Assembly (NCBI GenBank): GCA_964016885.1
Contig: OZ024745.1
Location: 11,036,001-11,100,000 of the forward strand
DNA: 64,000 nucleotides
DNA from: Eledone cirrhosa
Taxonomy: Eukaryota
Reading direction: 5' to 3'
Both the position numbers and the translations under genes were made by a program. Below the pieces are notes generated by a model. It was not told where the DNA came from. It saw nothing but the letters and a program-made list of their open reading frames with translations, and ran no database searches. This document shows positions 38,105 through 52,100 of the stretch, piece by piece; positions within the stretch are counted from its first letter, which is position 1; each line of letters begins with the position of its first letter.

Positions 38105-38357
38105 GAAACATCAATCGACAGATCACAGACCCCATTCGTTACCGAGTGGGATGGAGCTCGTCAAATTGGACCGAGGAAACAATGTTTCCATTGGTCTTGC
38201 CATTGCTGATAGTATCTACCGTTTGCAACTCCTGGCAGAAAGAGCAACGTGAAATATAGTGTCTTGCTCAAGGATTTAACGCACTGTTCGATCTGAGAAT
38301 CGAACTCGCAACCTCATGATTGTAAATCCAGTTATATAACCACTAAGCCACGCGCCT
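38105..38357 (-). mobile_element. tRNA-derived SINE (second family)
   Basis: Minus strand: GGCGCGTGGCTTAGTGG (A box), GAGTTCGATTC (B box), CCTTGAGCAAGACACT body shared with the 57655 copy. Confidence 0.8.
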
Positions 38358-38359
38358 TT

Positions 38360-38488
38360 ACTCAGAAATTAACGTGTAGTAAGGTGTATACTCCACAGGC
38401 ACGAGTACCCTAACTTAATTCCGAAACCGAGTCAGTGTGGCACAGTATATAACAAAGCCGGATCTTTGAAATATAGGTATAATCCAAC
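38360..38488 (-). mobile_element. Degenerate SINE 3'-half fragment related to the 57655-57965 copy
   Basis: Reverse complement resembles ATACCTGTAATTCGAAGG...AAGGGTACACGTGTCTGTG...GTTAATTTC of the 57655 copy. Confidence 0.55.
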
Positions 38489-38489
38489 G

Positions 38490-38860
38490 GTCGACTACCT
38501 CCATTTTCTCCATCCAATTCTGCTAACTAGGCTAAGGTTGACCAAAGGCTAAGGTTGACCAAAGCCTAAGGTTGACCAAAGCCTAAGGCTGACGAAAGGC
38601 TAGGGTTGACTAAAAGCTATGGTTGACCAAAGGCTAAGGTTGACCAACGCCTAAGGCCGACGAAAGGCTAGGGTTGACTAAAAGCTATGGTTGACCAAAG
38701 GCTAAGGTTGACCAAAGCCTAAGGTTGACCAAAGCCTACGGTTGACCAAAAGCTAGGGTTAACCGGAATAAAGACAATTGCGCAAGATGCCACGTATTGA
38801 GCCGAACGTTGAACCTTATAATTGCGAAACGTACTTTTAAATCAGTCGGCCATGCCTGCA
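38490..38860 (-). mobile_element. Old SINE copy containing an internal 18-bp tandem expansion
   Basis: Minus strand head GCAGGCATGGC... and CGTGGCATCTTGCGCAATTGTCTT (degenerate CCTTGGGCAAGTGTCTT-type body). Confidence 0.6.
38530..38765. repeat. 18-bp minisatellite GGCTAAGGTTGACCAAA(A), about 13 units
   Basis: Directly visible. Confidence 0.95.
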
Positions 38861-38937
38861 TCTAAATGTTTAAAATACAATCACGAACAACTGGATTTTA
38901 CAGACAAAGAACGTTAACAGTTAAAATGAAATTTGAT

Positions 38938-39157
38938 AATGGCTTCTGATTTAGGTACAAGGTCAACAACGTTTTGGGGCGGGGAAAGTCGATTAAATCG
39001 ACCCCAGTGTGTTACTGATACTTACTTTTATCGACACTGTAAGGATGAAAGGCAAAGCTAACTTCGGCGAGATTTGAACCCAGAACGTAAAGAGACGTAA
39101 CTATATGCCGCAAAGTATGTTGTCCGACACTCTACTGATTCTGGTAACCCACCGCTC
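38938..39157 (-). mobile_element. tRNA-derived SINE (Meta-domain-like family)
   Basis: Reverse complement of the 37655 family: TTTTATCGAC...AAGGATGAAAGGCAAAG...GATTTGAACCC. Confidence 0.85.
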
Positions 39158-39741
39158 TAAAATGATAATATAATTAACAAGAGGCACTGTAAAAATATGT
39201 TATACAAGACAAGTCTAAACTTTCTACCGCCTACTAGTTCAATTCCAGTGAACTTTATTAGAAAGCTGGTATTGCTACATCGGCAGAATTCAATATATTA
39301 AAAAAGACTACAGACACATTGACATTTAATCGAACGAAAATCGAATCCCATGTATTGGTGTGTAGGATTAATTTGGTTGATTTAAGATTTAGTTTGTCGC
39401 ATGACGTGTGTTTCCTTTGCTGTTGTTGTGATTGTTGTTGTTGTTGTTGTTATATTGAAATTGTTGTTTCATAGTAAAAAAATATTGTAGTGGGATAAAT
39501 ATTTCTATTTATTTGCCACCAGGGCATCAAAGATTGGGACAAATACAAAGGGGGGAGTTTACATACATTTAAAAAGACGTGTAAAAAAACATATAACAAA
39601 TTAAATTTAACAATCGATGTCCTCAATAGGGAGGGGCGTTGACATGGGTCGCACACCCCCCCGAAAAAATGTGCAACCCTCCTCTTCAGGAGCACAAAGA
39701 GCGGGTGCTCCCTTCCTCTTCTCATTCTTCTCCTCTCTCAC

Positions 39742-42700
39742 CTACAGGCTGATATAGAGAGAAGGCCCATTCACTCGGGCCATTCTCGCTACTTTCACTC
39801 ACCTTTCATAAAACTTGCTGGGGTACAGCACCTCTCTCTCCATTCTGATCCTTCTTCTAAAGTGGTACTTGAAAAAAAGGACCAGTTGTTGGCCGGAGAG
39901 AAAGGTGTCTGACCTCAGCCCTTTCAACCTTGTCCACCACACAACCTCTTTCGCCATAGCTATCACACAGAGGAAAACCGCCTCTCCTTCGTTTTTGAAA
40001 GGGGGAGGCGGTTTGATCGTGACAATGTTCTCGGTGGTCAACCGGATTGGTCCCACCCGCGACAGTAGTCGTTCCACATAGCCCCACAGGTCAGCAACGC
40101 CCGGACAGTGTACAAATGCGTGTGCGACGGTTTCCTCGTCATGCACGCATCTCGGACAGATCTTCTTCGAGGGGTCCCTACACGCCCGTGTCTGTAGAGC
40201 TTGTCCCGAACGGGTAGAGCTCCTCGGTAACATTGTCAAGCCAGGGACTTTTAGAAGTTGTCCATCGGTCCCGGGCCAAACGTCCTACCGAACAGACTGG
40301 CTAGCTCATCTTCCTCCATGCCTAGAGCCTCTCCGAGAGCGACGTCGCACTTACTGCGCACCAACCCTCTATAGAATGTTGAGGTTGAGTCTCCACTGAT
40401 TGCCGGATCCGCTTGCCAGAGGGCCGTGAGCGCCTGGGCACATTCAATGTGCCAGTCGCCCACTTTCTCGGTCTTTGCTTGACCCAGGATTGCAGCTCGG
40501 TGAGTGAGACGAGTCTCGGAAAGGCTCGCCTCACAAACAGGGCCCACACCGGCTGACCGGTGAGGAATACCTGGAGGTGCCGTAGCCTTAATGGGTGTCT
40601 AAGCATCGTCAGCCACGGCATCCACAGCCCTCCATTCGAAGGGTGTTGACAGCAGATGGATCTTCTCACCAAAGGAGCCCGCTTCTTCCAAAGAAATCGG
40701 AAGAGCGCGCGCTCCATTTTGGCGAGTGTTTTCTCTGGGCAAGGCACGACAGTCAAGCGGTAGTAGATGACGGACACTATATAAGCGTTCGCCACCTCCG
40801 CTCGACCTTTCAGGGATAGTTTGCACTCGGCCCACTTCTGGGCGAGTGCAAACACCTTGCCCGTTACCTCGTCCCAGTTTTTCTCCACCTGGAGGTCCGG
40901 TCCGAACCAGACCCGAGCAGATTCACCGGTCCCTCCGTCCAGCGTCCGACGATGCCGTCGGAGGGCGTCGGTTTGCCCCTCCACGTCCCGAGTTGCAAAC
41001 CGACTGACTTGTCCCGGTTCAGCTTGGCTCCTATGAACCTTTCATATTCCTCCAGTAAGGTGCCGATCTGCCCGATTTCCGAGGCGCACGACACCATTAC
41101 TGTCACGTCATCGGCGTAGGCCGGCACCGCTTTCCGCAATCCCGGTTCCAAGGGGATGCCCTGCAACAGCTCCAGCTTCCTCAGTAGTGGCTCGAGAGCC
41201 AGCACATACAGAAGGGAGGAGAGAGGGCATCCCTGTCGGGTGGATCGCGTGATTTGGAACGGCTCCGAGAGGTAGCCGTTCACCTTGACCCTTGAGCAGG
41301 TGTTGCTGCTGTGCATTGCAGCAATCCAGCCCCTGAAAACGGGTCCGAAGCCTGCCGCCGCGAGCACCGCATCCAGGTACCGATAGTCGACCCTATCGAA
41401 CGCCTTAGATTGAGCCAAGTTGATCAGGGCCCCACCAAAGCCGGGTTCGTTCCCTACCCTCCCTACGATGTATCGCATGAGGTGGAGGTTGTCGTGTATG
41501 GACCTGGACGGGATTGCGCATGTCTGCGCTTCTCTCACCAGGTTCCCGACGACAAGCGCCAACCTCTTCGCTAACACCTTGGCCAAAATCTTTAACTCTG
41601 TGTTTAGCAGAGTTATGGGCCTGAAGTTATCTATGTCATCCCCCTTGTTCTCGTCCTTCCTCACCAGCGTGACTACGCCCTTGGTCACAGAACTGGGAAT
41701 TCTCCCGTTCTGTTGCCAGTTGCAGTAGACCGCTTCGAGGAGACCGGAGAACAAGCCCGGCATCGCTACATAAAGTTTGTATGGTAGACCATCGAGACCC
41801 GGAGATTTGCGTTTGCCGCATTGGCTCAGCGCTTCCCCTATTTCAGCGGCTGAAATCGGCCTCTCGCAGGACTTCGCCTCCCCGTCCGAGAGCCGCGCCA
41901 GACCGTCGAGGTATGGACCGAAATCCATGGCCCTACCCGGCCCGCCGCCCTGCCCGAACAGTCGTGCAAAGCGCCGTTGAAAGGCCGCGCTCATCTGCTC
42001 AGGTTCAAGGATCACGCGTCCATCCTGGTCCTTCAAAGACCGACTCGTGGACTTGTTTCCACTTTTTGCCTCTGTCACTCGGGCCCAGCTAACAGCTTTG
42101 GCTCCCTCGTTACCCAGAGCACGTATTTTACTCCTGACAACGCAGCCCTCGTGCTTCGCATCAAAGAACTGGTCTAGGGCCGTTCTTGACGCCAACACGC
42201 CGGCCACGCTGCCACTCCTAATCGCCTCTTCTACTCTATCTATTAATTCCCTTTCAGTTCTATTCCTATCTGATGCTAATTCTTGACTAAAACCTATCGA
42301 TTCTATTCTAATTTCTTTCTTGAGAGAGCCCCACCACCTGCTGTTGACAATTGCCCCCGCCAACCGCTGCTTAACTAGTGTGCTAATCCGCTTACTGTAA
42401 GCTTTGTTTGTCGGTAAAGACAAGTTTAGCTTCCAGTAACCGGGTCCCTGTCTATGAGTTCTATCAAGGTTGACCACTCCGGTCACCAACTTGTGATCCG
42501 AATAGTCAACCATGAACATTCGTGGACAGCTTAATATGTCCCTACCCTTATTTCTAACTAGGAACCTATCTAGGTACGACCTAGATGTTCCGCTACGATT
42601 ACTCCACGTCCACAGTGGAAAATCTAGTCCATATCTATCGGCCAGATCAAATCGGCCGATTAATCGTTTGAGGCTGTTATACCCCCTCTATCGGGGCATG

Positions 42701-43167
42701 CCCCTACATAGTCCCAACGTGCATCAAGGATACCATTCCAGTCCCCCACTAAAAGCAAGGAGCGAGACGTTCCCAGGAAATTCTCCAGGCGTCGGAAGAA
42801 GTCCGGTCGCGGTGTCCCAGATGGGGCATACGCCACCAGCCTGAAAGCTCCACCTTCACCACTGCCGACGTCTAAAACCACCAGTCGACCCTCCGGGTCC
42901 AGGTGTACCTTCTGTGTGGCAAGACCCAGGTATTTTCGCAGCAGAACGACAACCCCACCCCCACCCCCACCCCTCGGCTGACAGAGAGATGCGTAGATCT
43001 CAAAGTCGTCGAAGATGGGGGGCCTGTTGGCGCTCGCTGCTGATCCTGGACTCGCAAATAACCATTACATCCACTCTGTGCGACCTGAGGTCATTTAAGA
43101 GTTTTCCCTGTTTCCAGGACATCCCCAGGCCGCGCGAATTCACACATCCAACTCTTCTATTGGCCAT
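39742..43167 (-). pseudogene. Tx1 copy 2 ORF2 (APE, RT, CCHC), frameshifted
   Basis: Starts MANRRVGCVNSRGL at 43167. Contains GDWN, SDH, FRPITLLN, SKAFDRV, RQGCPLS, YADD and CPRCVHDEETVAHAFVHC; ends GPSLYISL* at 39742. Confidence 0.93.
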
Positions 43168-43208
43168 GTTGGTGCTGAAGAGTTAAAAGGAAGAGGAAAG
43201 GAAATTAC

Positions 43209-45032
43209 TTACCTCTTCGTCTCCTGGGGACCAGGTTGCACAATTTCCATGGGGGTGTTAGAAGGGTTGTTTGGTGGGGTGGTGGTTTGTGGTGGGGTGA
43301 GGACATCAGTGTGTGGTGGGATTAGGGTGTTTGGTGGGGTGTGGGTGTCTGGTGTGGGGGTGGGGAAACATCTCAATAGGACGCTGTTAAGTGGTTTGGT
43401 GCAGGTGGTCCCCACATGCATTGGATGGTTCTTTTTCAGAGTTACATAGGTTTCCGTTGGGACCCTAATCATCATTAGGTGCGGTTTGTCCGCTGCGTAG
43501 GTGAAAGTGATCCCTTCGGTTTCCACCGAAGGGTTATTGTCTATTGCTTTCATCAAAGTTTTATTGTTCTTGTTAATGTATGTATAGAGTTTTTGTTGTG
43601 TCGTGTTTGTTTTTGTTTTTGTTTGTTGTTCTTGTGCGTGTTTGCGTTTTGTAGTATGTGTTATGTTTTCGGGAGGGGTGGGTTTTTTTGTTTGTGATGT
43701 TTGTTCTGTTTGTGCTGGTGGTTGTGTGTTTGTTGCATTTTTGTTAATGTGGTGCCTTTTTTTTCCCTTTTCACCTGTTGAAAGGGTTCTCCCTCGTCGT
43801 CACTGGTTGACGTTGATACGGAGTCCTCTTCCGTGTTGTTGGGGAAGGGTATATTTTGGGGTTTTTGTTGTGGTTGCTTTTGTATTTGTTTTAGGTGGGG
43901 AGGGGTTGGGTGGAACAGTGTCTTGTGTTGTTATTTTTCCGTGTTGTTGTGGTTGTTGTTGTTGTTGTTGTGGTGGTGGTGGTGGTGGTGGTGGTTGTGT
44001 TGTTGTGTTCGGGGTTGGCAGAAGAGCCTTTTTTTTTTACTCGTTAATTGAGGACAGGCAGCCCTCAGGTGACCCCTGCTTAAGCAGTGATAACATGACG
44101 GCCGCCTTCCCTCCACTGAAATATTTATATAAGTTAGCCCGTCCAGAGGCACGCGTTGTGGGATATTCGCTATTCGTTCTGGGCTCATTTGCACCAGAAC
44201 TTCTACGCTGGTCCCACCAAATACACCTCCGGAGGACTTTCCTACTGAAATTATCCTGTCTTCATCAAAGTCAATGAATCCACATAGTATCCACCAAATA
44301 TTTACATTTGGTGTGATACTCATTATTTTTATTCTTTGTGTCCTTTTTTCACTGTATGTGGGGAAAAAGGTGAAGCGGGGGGACACAATGGGTGATACAG
44401 AGTATTTTTGTGCTGTTGGCTGGTTATTCATTAGCACCGAAATGTTACCAAACAGTTTTCCTTTTTTGATGAAAGTTATGTCCTTCATTGCATCTTTTAG
44501 AACCAGCTCAATTTCATTTTGTGATAATTGAGCTGGTTTTCTTGTTTCGTTAGATATTGTCCTGAAAACCACAGTTTTCAGGACAGCCTCTCTACGTAAT
44601 ACCTGTAGTGAATTGATGCTAAAAGCACCGTTTTCGCCAAAAGTCACGAATTGTTTTGCGTCTTGTAGTAGTTGTTTAGCATTTGTTATGTCAATTGGCG
44701 TGTATAGTTCGTTTTTTTACAGTCTGTGCGAACGTTGTTTTGGTGTTGTTGTCTTTTTTGTTGCTGTTGTTGTTGTCACTGTTGTTGATATTGTTCATAT
44801 TTTCCTTGGTGTTGTTATTGTTGCAGTTGTTGGTTGTGGTGTTATTGTCATTGTTCTTGTTGTTGGTGCTGGTATTATTTACCGGGTTTGGTTCCGTGGT
44901 TTCAATATTTTCAACGTTTTTCGATAATGCGAGGGTGGAAGGCTGCAAGCTTTGTACTCCTACCTTCCCTCCACCACTTTTCTTAGTGAACGTGGTACTT
45001 ACGACAGTGTGCGAGGTTGAAATGGCATCCAT
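43209..45032 (-). pseudogene. Tx1 copy 2 ORF1, frameshifted
   Basis: MDAISTSH start, complete CYHCLSRGHLRAAC (CX2CX4HX4C) knuckle, clear homology to copy 1 ORF1 (VVFRTISN, KGKLFG, INISVEGRR). Confidence 0.85.
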
Positions 45033-45215
45033 TGTTGACTACACAGTTTTGAGATGAAAATGAAAATTTTGCCCCAGAAAGGGGCGAAAATTAGTTGACT
45101 CAACGTCTGGAGGCCCAGGCAAGGGGTTAAACTAAACAATGCTAACAAATTGAACAATGAACTCACAGTTTTTTTTAACAATAATCCGTAAAAATCCGGA
45201 GCGAAGTAATACACG

Positions 45216-47265
45216 AGTTTGTTGGTTTAGTGAGAGAGTGAAACAGAGTGAGTTATGTAGTGGGATAGAGGGGCAGAGAATTTAGTGCTCTAGTGAGAGA
45301 GGGGGAATTGTGGGAGAGTGAGGTATATAGTGGAATACAGAGAGGGGGAGAGAGTTTATTGGCCTAGTGAGAGAGGGGGTATTGTGTGAGTGAGAGAGAG
45401 AGAGTGAGGTATATAGTAGAATATAAGGAGAGGGGCAGAAAGTTTGGTGGTCTAGTGAGAGAGGAGGAATTGTGGGAGAGTGAGGTATATAGTGGAATAC
45501 AGAGAGGGGGAGAGAGTTTATTGGCCTAGTGAGAGAGGGGGTATTGTGTGAGTGAGAGAGAGAGAGTGCAGTATATAGTAGAATATAAAAGGGGGGAAAG
45601 AATTTAGTGCTCTAGTGAGAGAGGGGGAATTGTGGGAGAGTGAGGTATATAGTGGAATACAGAGAGGGGGAGAGAGTTTATTGACCTAGTGAGAGAGGGG
45701 GTATTGTGTGAGTGAGAGAGGGGAATTGTGGGAGAGTGAGGTATATAATGGAATACAGAGTTTATTGGCCTACTGAGAGAGAGGGTATTGTGTGAGTTAG
45801 AGAGAGAGAGTGAGGTATATAGTAGAATATAAAGAGGGGGAAAGAATTTGGTGGTCTAGTGAGAGATGGGAATTGTGGGAGAGTGAGGTATATAGTGGAA
45901 TACAGAGAGGGGGAGAGAGTTTATTGGCCTAGTGAGAGAGGGGGTATTGTGTGAGTGAGAGAGAGAGAGTGCGGTATATAGTAGAATATAAAGAGGGGGA
46001 GAGAGTTTAGTGGTCTAGTGAGAGAGGGGAATTGTGGGAGAGTGAGGTATATAGTGGAATACAGAGAGGGGGAGAGAGTTTATTGGCCTAGTAAGAGAGG
46101 GGGTATTGTGTGAGTGAGAGAGAGAGAGAGTGCGGTATATAGTAGAATATAAAGAGGGGGAGATAGTTTAGTGGTCTAGTGAGAGAGGGGAATTGTGGGA
46201 GGTGAGGTATATAGTGGAATACAGAGAGGGGGAGAGAGTTTATTGGCCTAGTGAGATGGGTCTAATTATGAGGGTGGGTGAGGTATGTAGAGGGATACAG
46301 AGAGGGGGAGAGTATTTGATGGTTTAGTGAGTGAGGGTGAATTAAGAGAGTGAGTTATGTAGTTGAATATACAGAGGGGGAGAGAATTTGGTGGACTAGT
46401 GATGGAGGGGGAATCGTGAGAGAGAAGGAGATATGTAGTGGGATATAGAGAGGGGGAGATAGATTAGTGGTCTTGTGAGAGAGGGGGAATTGAGAGAGAG
46501 TAAGGAATGTAGTGGTATAAAGTGAGGAGGAGAGAGTTTGTTGTTTTAGTGAGAGTGAGGTATGTAGTAATATAGAGAGGGGGTGTGAATTTGTTGGTTT
46601 AGTGAGAGAGGGGGAATTGTGAGAGAGAGAGAGAGAGATATGTAGTGAGATTTAGAGAGGGGGTTAAAATTTGGTGGTCTAGTGAGATAGGGGGAATCGT
46701 GAGAGTGAGTGAGATATGTAGTGGGATATAGAGAGGAGGAGAATTTGTTGGTTTAGTGAGAGAGAGAGAGAGAAATGTGGTATGTAGTGGAATATAGAGA
46801 GGGGGAGAGAATTTGCTTCTCTAGTGAGAGAGGGGGAATTAAGAGAGTGAAAGAGAGTGAGGGATATAGTGAAATATAGAAAGGGTGATAGAATTTAGTG
46901 GTCTAGTGAGAGAGAGAGTGAGGGATGTAGTGGTATATAGGGAGGGTGAGAAAGGTATAATGTTTTAGTGAGAGAGAGGTAATATTGGTCTAGTGAGAGA
47001 GTGAGGAATGTAGTGGTATATAGGGAGGGTGAGAGAGGTACAATGTTTTAGTGAGAGAGAGGTAATATTGGTCTAGTGAGAGAGAGAGAGTGGGGAATGT
47101 AGTGGTATATAGGGAGGGTGAGAGAGGTACAATGTTTTAGTGAGAGAGAGGTAATATTGGTCTAGTGAGAGAGAGAGAGTGAAGGATGTAGTGGTATATA
47201 GAGAGGGTGAGAGAGGTATAATGTTTTAGTGAGAGAGAGGTAATATTTTGAGAGAGAGAGAGTGA
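45216..47265. repeat. Degenerate GA-rich satellite, about 75-90-bp monomers anchored on TAGTGAGAGAG, with about 160-bp dimeric order in the left half
   Basis: Recurrent TAGTGAGAGAG / GGTATATAGTGGAATA motifs with alternating A and B monomers at about 45290-46260 and a distinct about 85-bp unit at 46900-47265. Confidence 0.9.
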
Positions 47266-47323
47266 CAAAATAATTGTTGAAGGGAAGAAAAATGTTTTAA
47301 TATTCACAGTAAAGTGGCTGCGT

Positions 47324-48830
47324 ATATGTGTGTGTGTTTATATGTATATGTGTGTGTGTGTTTATATGTATATGTGTGTGTGTGTTTATATGTATATATG
47401 TGTGTGTGTTTATATGTATATGAGTGTGTATGTTTATATGTATATGAGTGTGTGTGTTTATATGTATATGAGTGTGTGTGTTTATATGTATATGAGAGTG
47501 TGTGTTTATATGTATATGAGTGTGTGTGTTTATATGTATATGAGTGTGTGTGTATATATGTATATGAGTGTGTGTGTTTATATGTATATGAGTGTGTGTG
47601 TTTATATGTATATGTGTGTGTGTGTTTATATGTATATGAGTGTGTGTGTTTATATGTATATGTGTGTGTGTGTTTATATGTATATGAGTGTGTGTGTTTA
47701 TATGTATATGTGTGTGTGTGTTTATATGTATATGAGTGTGTGTGTTTATATGTATATATGTGTGTGTGTTTATATGTATATGTGTGTGTGTGTTTATATG
47801 TATATGAGTGTGTGTGTTTATATGTATATGAGTGTGTGTGTTTATATGTATATGTGTGTGTGTGTTTATATGTATATGAGTGTGTGTGTTTATATGTATA
47901 TAAGTGTGTGTGTTTATATGTATATGAGAATGTGTTTTTATATGTATATGTGTGTGCGTGTTTATATGTATATGTGTGTGTGTGTGTTTATATGTATATG
48001 AGTGTGTGTGTTTATATGTATATGTGTGTGTGTGTTTATATGTATATGAGTGTGTGTGTTTATATGTATATGTGTGTGTGTGTTTATATGTATATGTGTG
48101 TGTGTGTTTATATGTATATGAGTGTGTGTGTTTATATGTATATGAGTGTGTGTGTTTATATGTACATGAGTGTGTGTGTTTATATGTATATACGTGTGTG
48201 TGTTTATATGTATATGAGAATGTGTTTTTATATGTATATGTGTGTGCGTGTTTATATGTATATGAGTGTGTGTGTTTATATGTATATGAGTGTGTGTGTT
48301 TATATGTATATGAGTGTGTGTGTTTATATGTATATGAGTGTGTGTGTTTATATGTATATGAGTGTGTGTGTTTATATGTATATGAGTGTGTGTGTTTATA
48401 TGTATATGAGTGTGTGTGTTTATATGTATATGAGAGTGTGTGTTTATATGTATATGAGTGTGTGTGTTTATATGTATATGAGTGTGTGTGTTTATATGTA
48501 TATGAGTGTGTGTGTTTATATGTATATGAGAGTGTGTGTTTATATGTATATGAGTGTATGTGTTTATATGTATATGAGTGTGTGTGTTTATATGTATATG
48601 AGTGTGTGTGTTTATATGTATATGAGAGTGTGTGTTTATATGTATATGAGTGTGTGTGTTTATATGTATATGAGTGTGTGTGTTTATATGTATATGAGTG
48701 TGTGTGTTTATATGTATATGAGTGTGTGTGTTTATATGCATATGGGAGTGTGTGTTTATATGTATATGAGTGTGTGTGTTTATATGTATATGAGTGTGTG
48801 TGTTTATATGTATATGAGAGTGTGTATATA
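47324..48830. repeat. 24-bp minisatellite TTTATATGTATATGAGTGTGTGTG (microsatellite-derived), about 62 units
   Basis: Directly visible; decays into TA/TG microsatellite up to about 49010. Confidence 0.98.
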
Positions 48831-48949
48831 TATCTCTCTGTGTGTGTATTTATGTATATATATATATGTGCGTGTTTGTATGTTTCTATATATATGTGTG
48901 CGTGTGATTGTTTATATATGTGAGTATGTGTGTTTATATATATTTTTGT

Positions 48950-48996
<47 letters not shown>

Positions 48997-49127
48997 AACA
49001 TATATTAATATGTGTAGAAGTAAACCCAGTAAACCCGTGTCTACAATTACGAGGGTAGATTACACCACAAATGTTATATATCATTCAACCTGAATCATAT
49101 GGGATGTTACAAGATTTCTTACAAGAT

Positions 49128-52100
49128 TTCTCACACATACCATATCAATAACCATATCATACATACTATATCAATAACCATCTCACACATACCATATCAA
49201 TAACCATATCATACATACCATATCTATAACCATATCATACATACCATATCAATAACCATCTCATACATACCATATCAATAACCATCTCATACATACCATA
49301 TCAATAACCATTCATACATACCATATCAATAACCATTCATACATACCATATCAATAACCATCTCACACATACCATATCAATAACCATCTCATACATACCA
49401 TATCAATAACCATCTTACACATACCATATCAATAACCATTCATACATACCATATCAATAACCATTCATACATACCATATCTATAACCATCTCATATATAC
49501 CATATCAATAACCATCTCCTACATACCATATCAATAACCATCTCATACATACCATATCAATAACCATATCATACATACCATATCAATAACCATTCATACA
49601 TACCATATCAATAACCATCTCACACATACCATATCAATAACCATCTCATACATACCATATCAATAACCATCTCACACATACCATATCAATAACCATCTCA
49701 CACATACCATATCAATAACCATTCATACATACCATATCAATAACCATATCATACATACTATATCAATAACCATCTCATACATACCATATCTATAACCATC
49801 TCATATATACCATACCAATAACCATCTCATACATACCATATCAATAAACATCTCATACATACCATATCAATAACCATCTCATACATACCATATCTATAAC
49901 CATCTCATACATACCATATCTATAACCATCTCATACATACCATATCTATAACCATCTCATATATACCATACCAATAACCATCTCATACATACCATATCAA
50001 TAAACATCTCATACATACCATATCTATAACCATCTCATACATACCATATCTATAACCATCTCATACATACCATATCAATAACCATCTCATACATACCATA
50101 CCAATAACCATATCATACAAACCATATCAATAACAATCTCATACATACCATATCAATAACCATCTCATACATACCATATCTATAACCATCTCATATATAC
50201 CATATCAATAACCATCTCATATATACCATATCAATAACCATCTCATATATACCATACCAATAACCATCTCATACATACCATATCAATAACCATCTCATAT
50301 ATACCATACCAATAACCATCTCATACATACCATATCAATAACCATCTCATACATACCATATCAATAACCATCTCATACATACCATATCATTAACCATCTC
50401 ATACATACCATATCAATAACCATCTCATACATACCATATCTATAACCATCTCATATATACCATATCAATAACCATCTCATACATACCATATCTATAACCA
50501 TCTCATATATACAATATCAATAACCATCTCATGCATACCATATCAATAACCATCTCATACGTACCATATCTATAACCATCTCATATATACCATATCAATA
50601 ACCATTCATACATACCATATCTATAACCATCTCATATATACCATATCAATAACCATTCATACATACCATATCTATAACCATCTCATATATACCATATCAA
50701 TAACCATTCATACATACCATATCAATAACCATATCATACATACCATATCAATAACCATCTCATACATACCATATCTATAACCATCTCATATATACCATAT
50801 CAATAACCATTCATACATACCATATCAATAAGCATCTCATATATACCATATCAATAACCATCTCATACATACCATATCTATAACCATCTCATATATACCA
50901 TATCAATAACCATTCATACATACCATATCAATAAGCATCTCATACATACCATGTCAATAACCATCTCATACATACCATATCTATAACCATCTCATACATA
51001 CCATCTCATATATACCATATCTATAACCATTCATACATACCATATCAATAAACATCTCATACATACCATATCATATATACCATATCTATAACCATCTCAT
51101 ACATACCATATCTATAACCATATCATACATACCATATCAATAACCATTCATACATACCATATCAATAACCATCTCATACATACCATATCAATAACCATTC
51201 ATACATACCATATCAATAACCATCTCATACATACCATATCAATAACCATCTCATACATACCATATCAATAACCATATCATACATACCATATCAATAACCA
51301 TATCATACATACCATATCAATAACCATCTCACACATACCATATCAATAAGCATCTCATATATACCATATCTATAACCATCTCATACATACCATATCAATA
51401 ACCATCTCACACATACCATATCAATAACCATCTCATATATACCATATCAATAACCATCTCACACATACCATATCAATAACCATCTCATACATACCATATC
51501 TATAACCATCTCATACATACCATATCAATAACCATTCATACATACCATATCAATAACCATTCATACATACCATATCAATAAGCATCTCATACATACCATA
51601 TCTATAACCATCTCATACATACCATATCAATAACCATCTCATATATACCATATCAATAACCATCTCATACATACCATATCAATAACCATATCATACATAC
51701 CATATCAATAACCATCTCATACATACCATATCAATAACCATATCATACATACCATATTAATAACCATCTCATACATACCATATCAATAAGCATCTCATAC
51801 ATACCATATCTATAACCATCTCATACATACCATATCAATAAGCATCTCACACATACCATATCAATAACCATCTCATATATACCATATCAATAACCATTCA
51901 TACATACCATATCAATAGCCATCTCACACATACCATATCAATAACCATTCATACATACCATATCAATAACCATCTCATACATACCATATCAATAACCATT
52001 CATACATACCATATCAATAACCATTCATACATACCATATCAATAAGCATCTCATACATACCATATCTATAACCATCTCATACATACCATATCAATAACCA

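Larger units (their letters stand above)
39502..45215 (-). mobile_element. Near-full-length Tx1/L1-type LINE, copy 2 (degenerate, about 5.7 kb, diverged subfamily)
   Basis: Same ORF1-ORF2 layout as copy 1. The 3' end is GGCAAATAAATAGAAA, and the 5' motif CGTGTATTA...GCTC is shared with copy 1. No clear target-site duplication. Confidence 0.95.

Noticed and set aside
15116-45214. Numerous short ORFs antisense to or overlapping the LINE ORFs
   Set aside because: Shadow frames of GC-richer retroelement coding sequence, with no independent motifs.
15109-45215. Active, intact retrotransposons
   Set aside because: Both long Tx1 copies have multiple frameshifts, stops and deletions in ORF1 and ORF2, although some indels could be sequencing errors.
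47297-49084. His/Thr/Tyr- and Cys/Val-rich ORFs of 220-595 aa
   Set aside because: Artefacts of the 24-bp TA/TG repeat, open in several frames on both strands.
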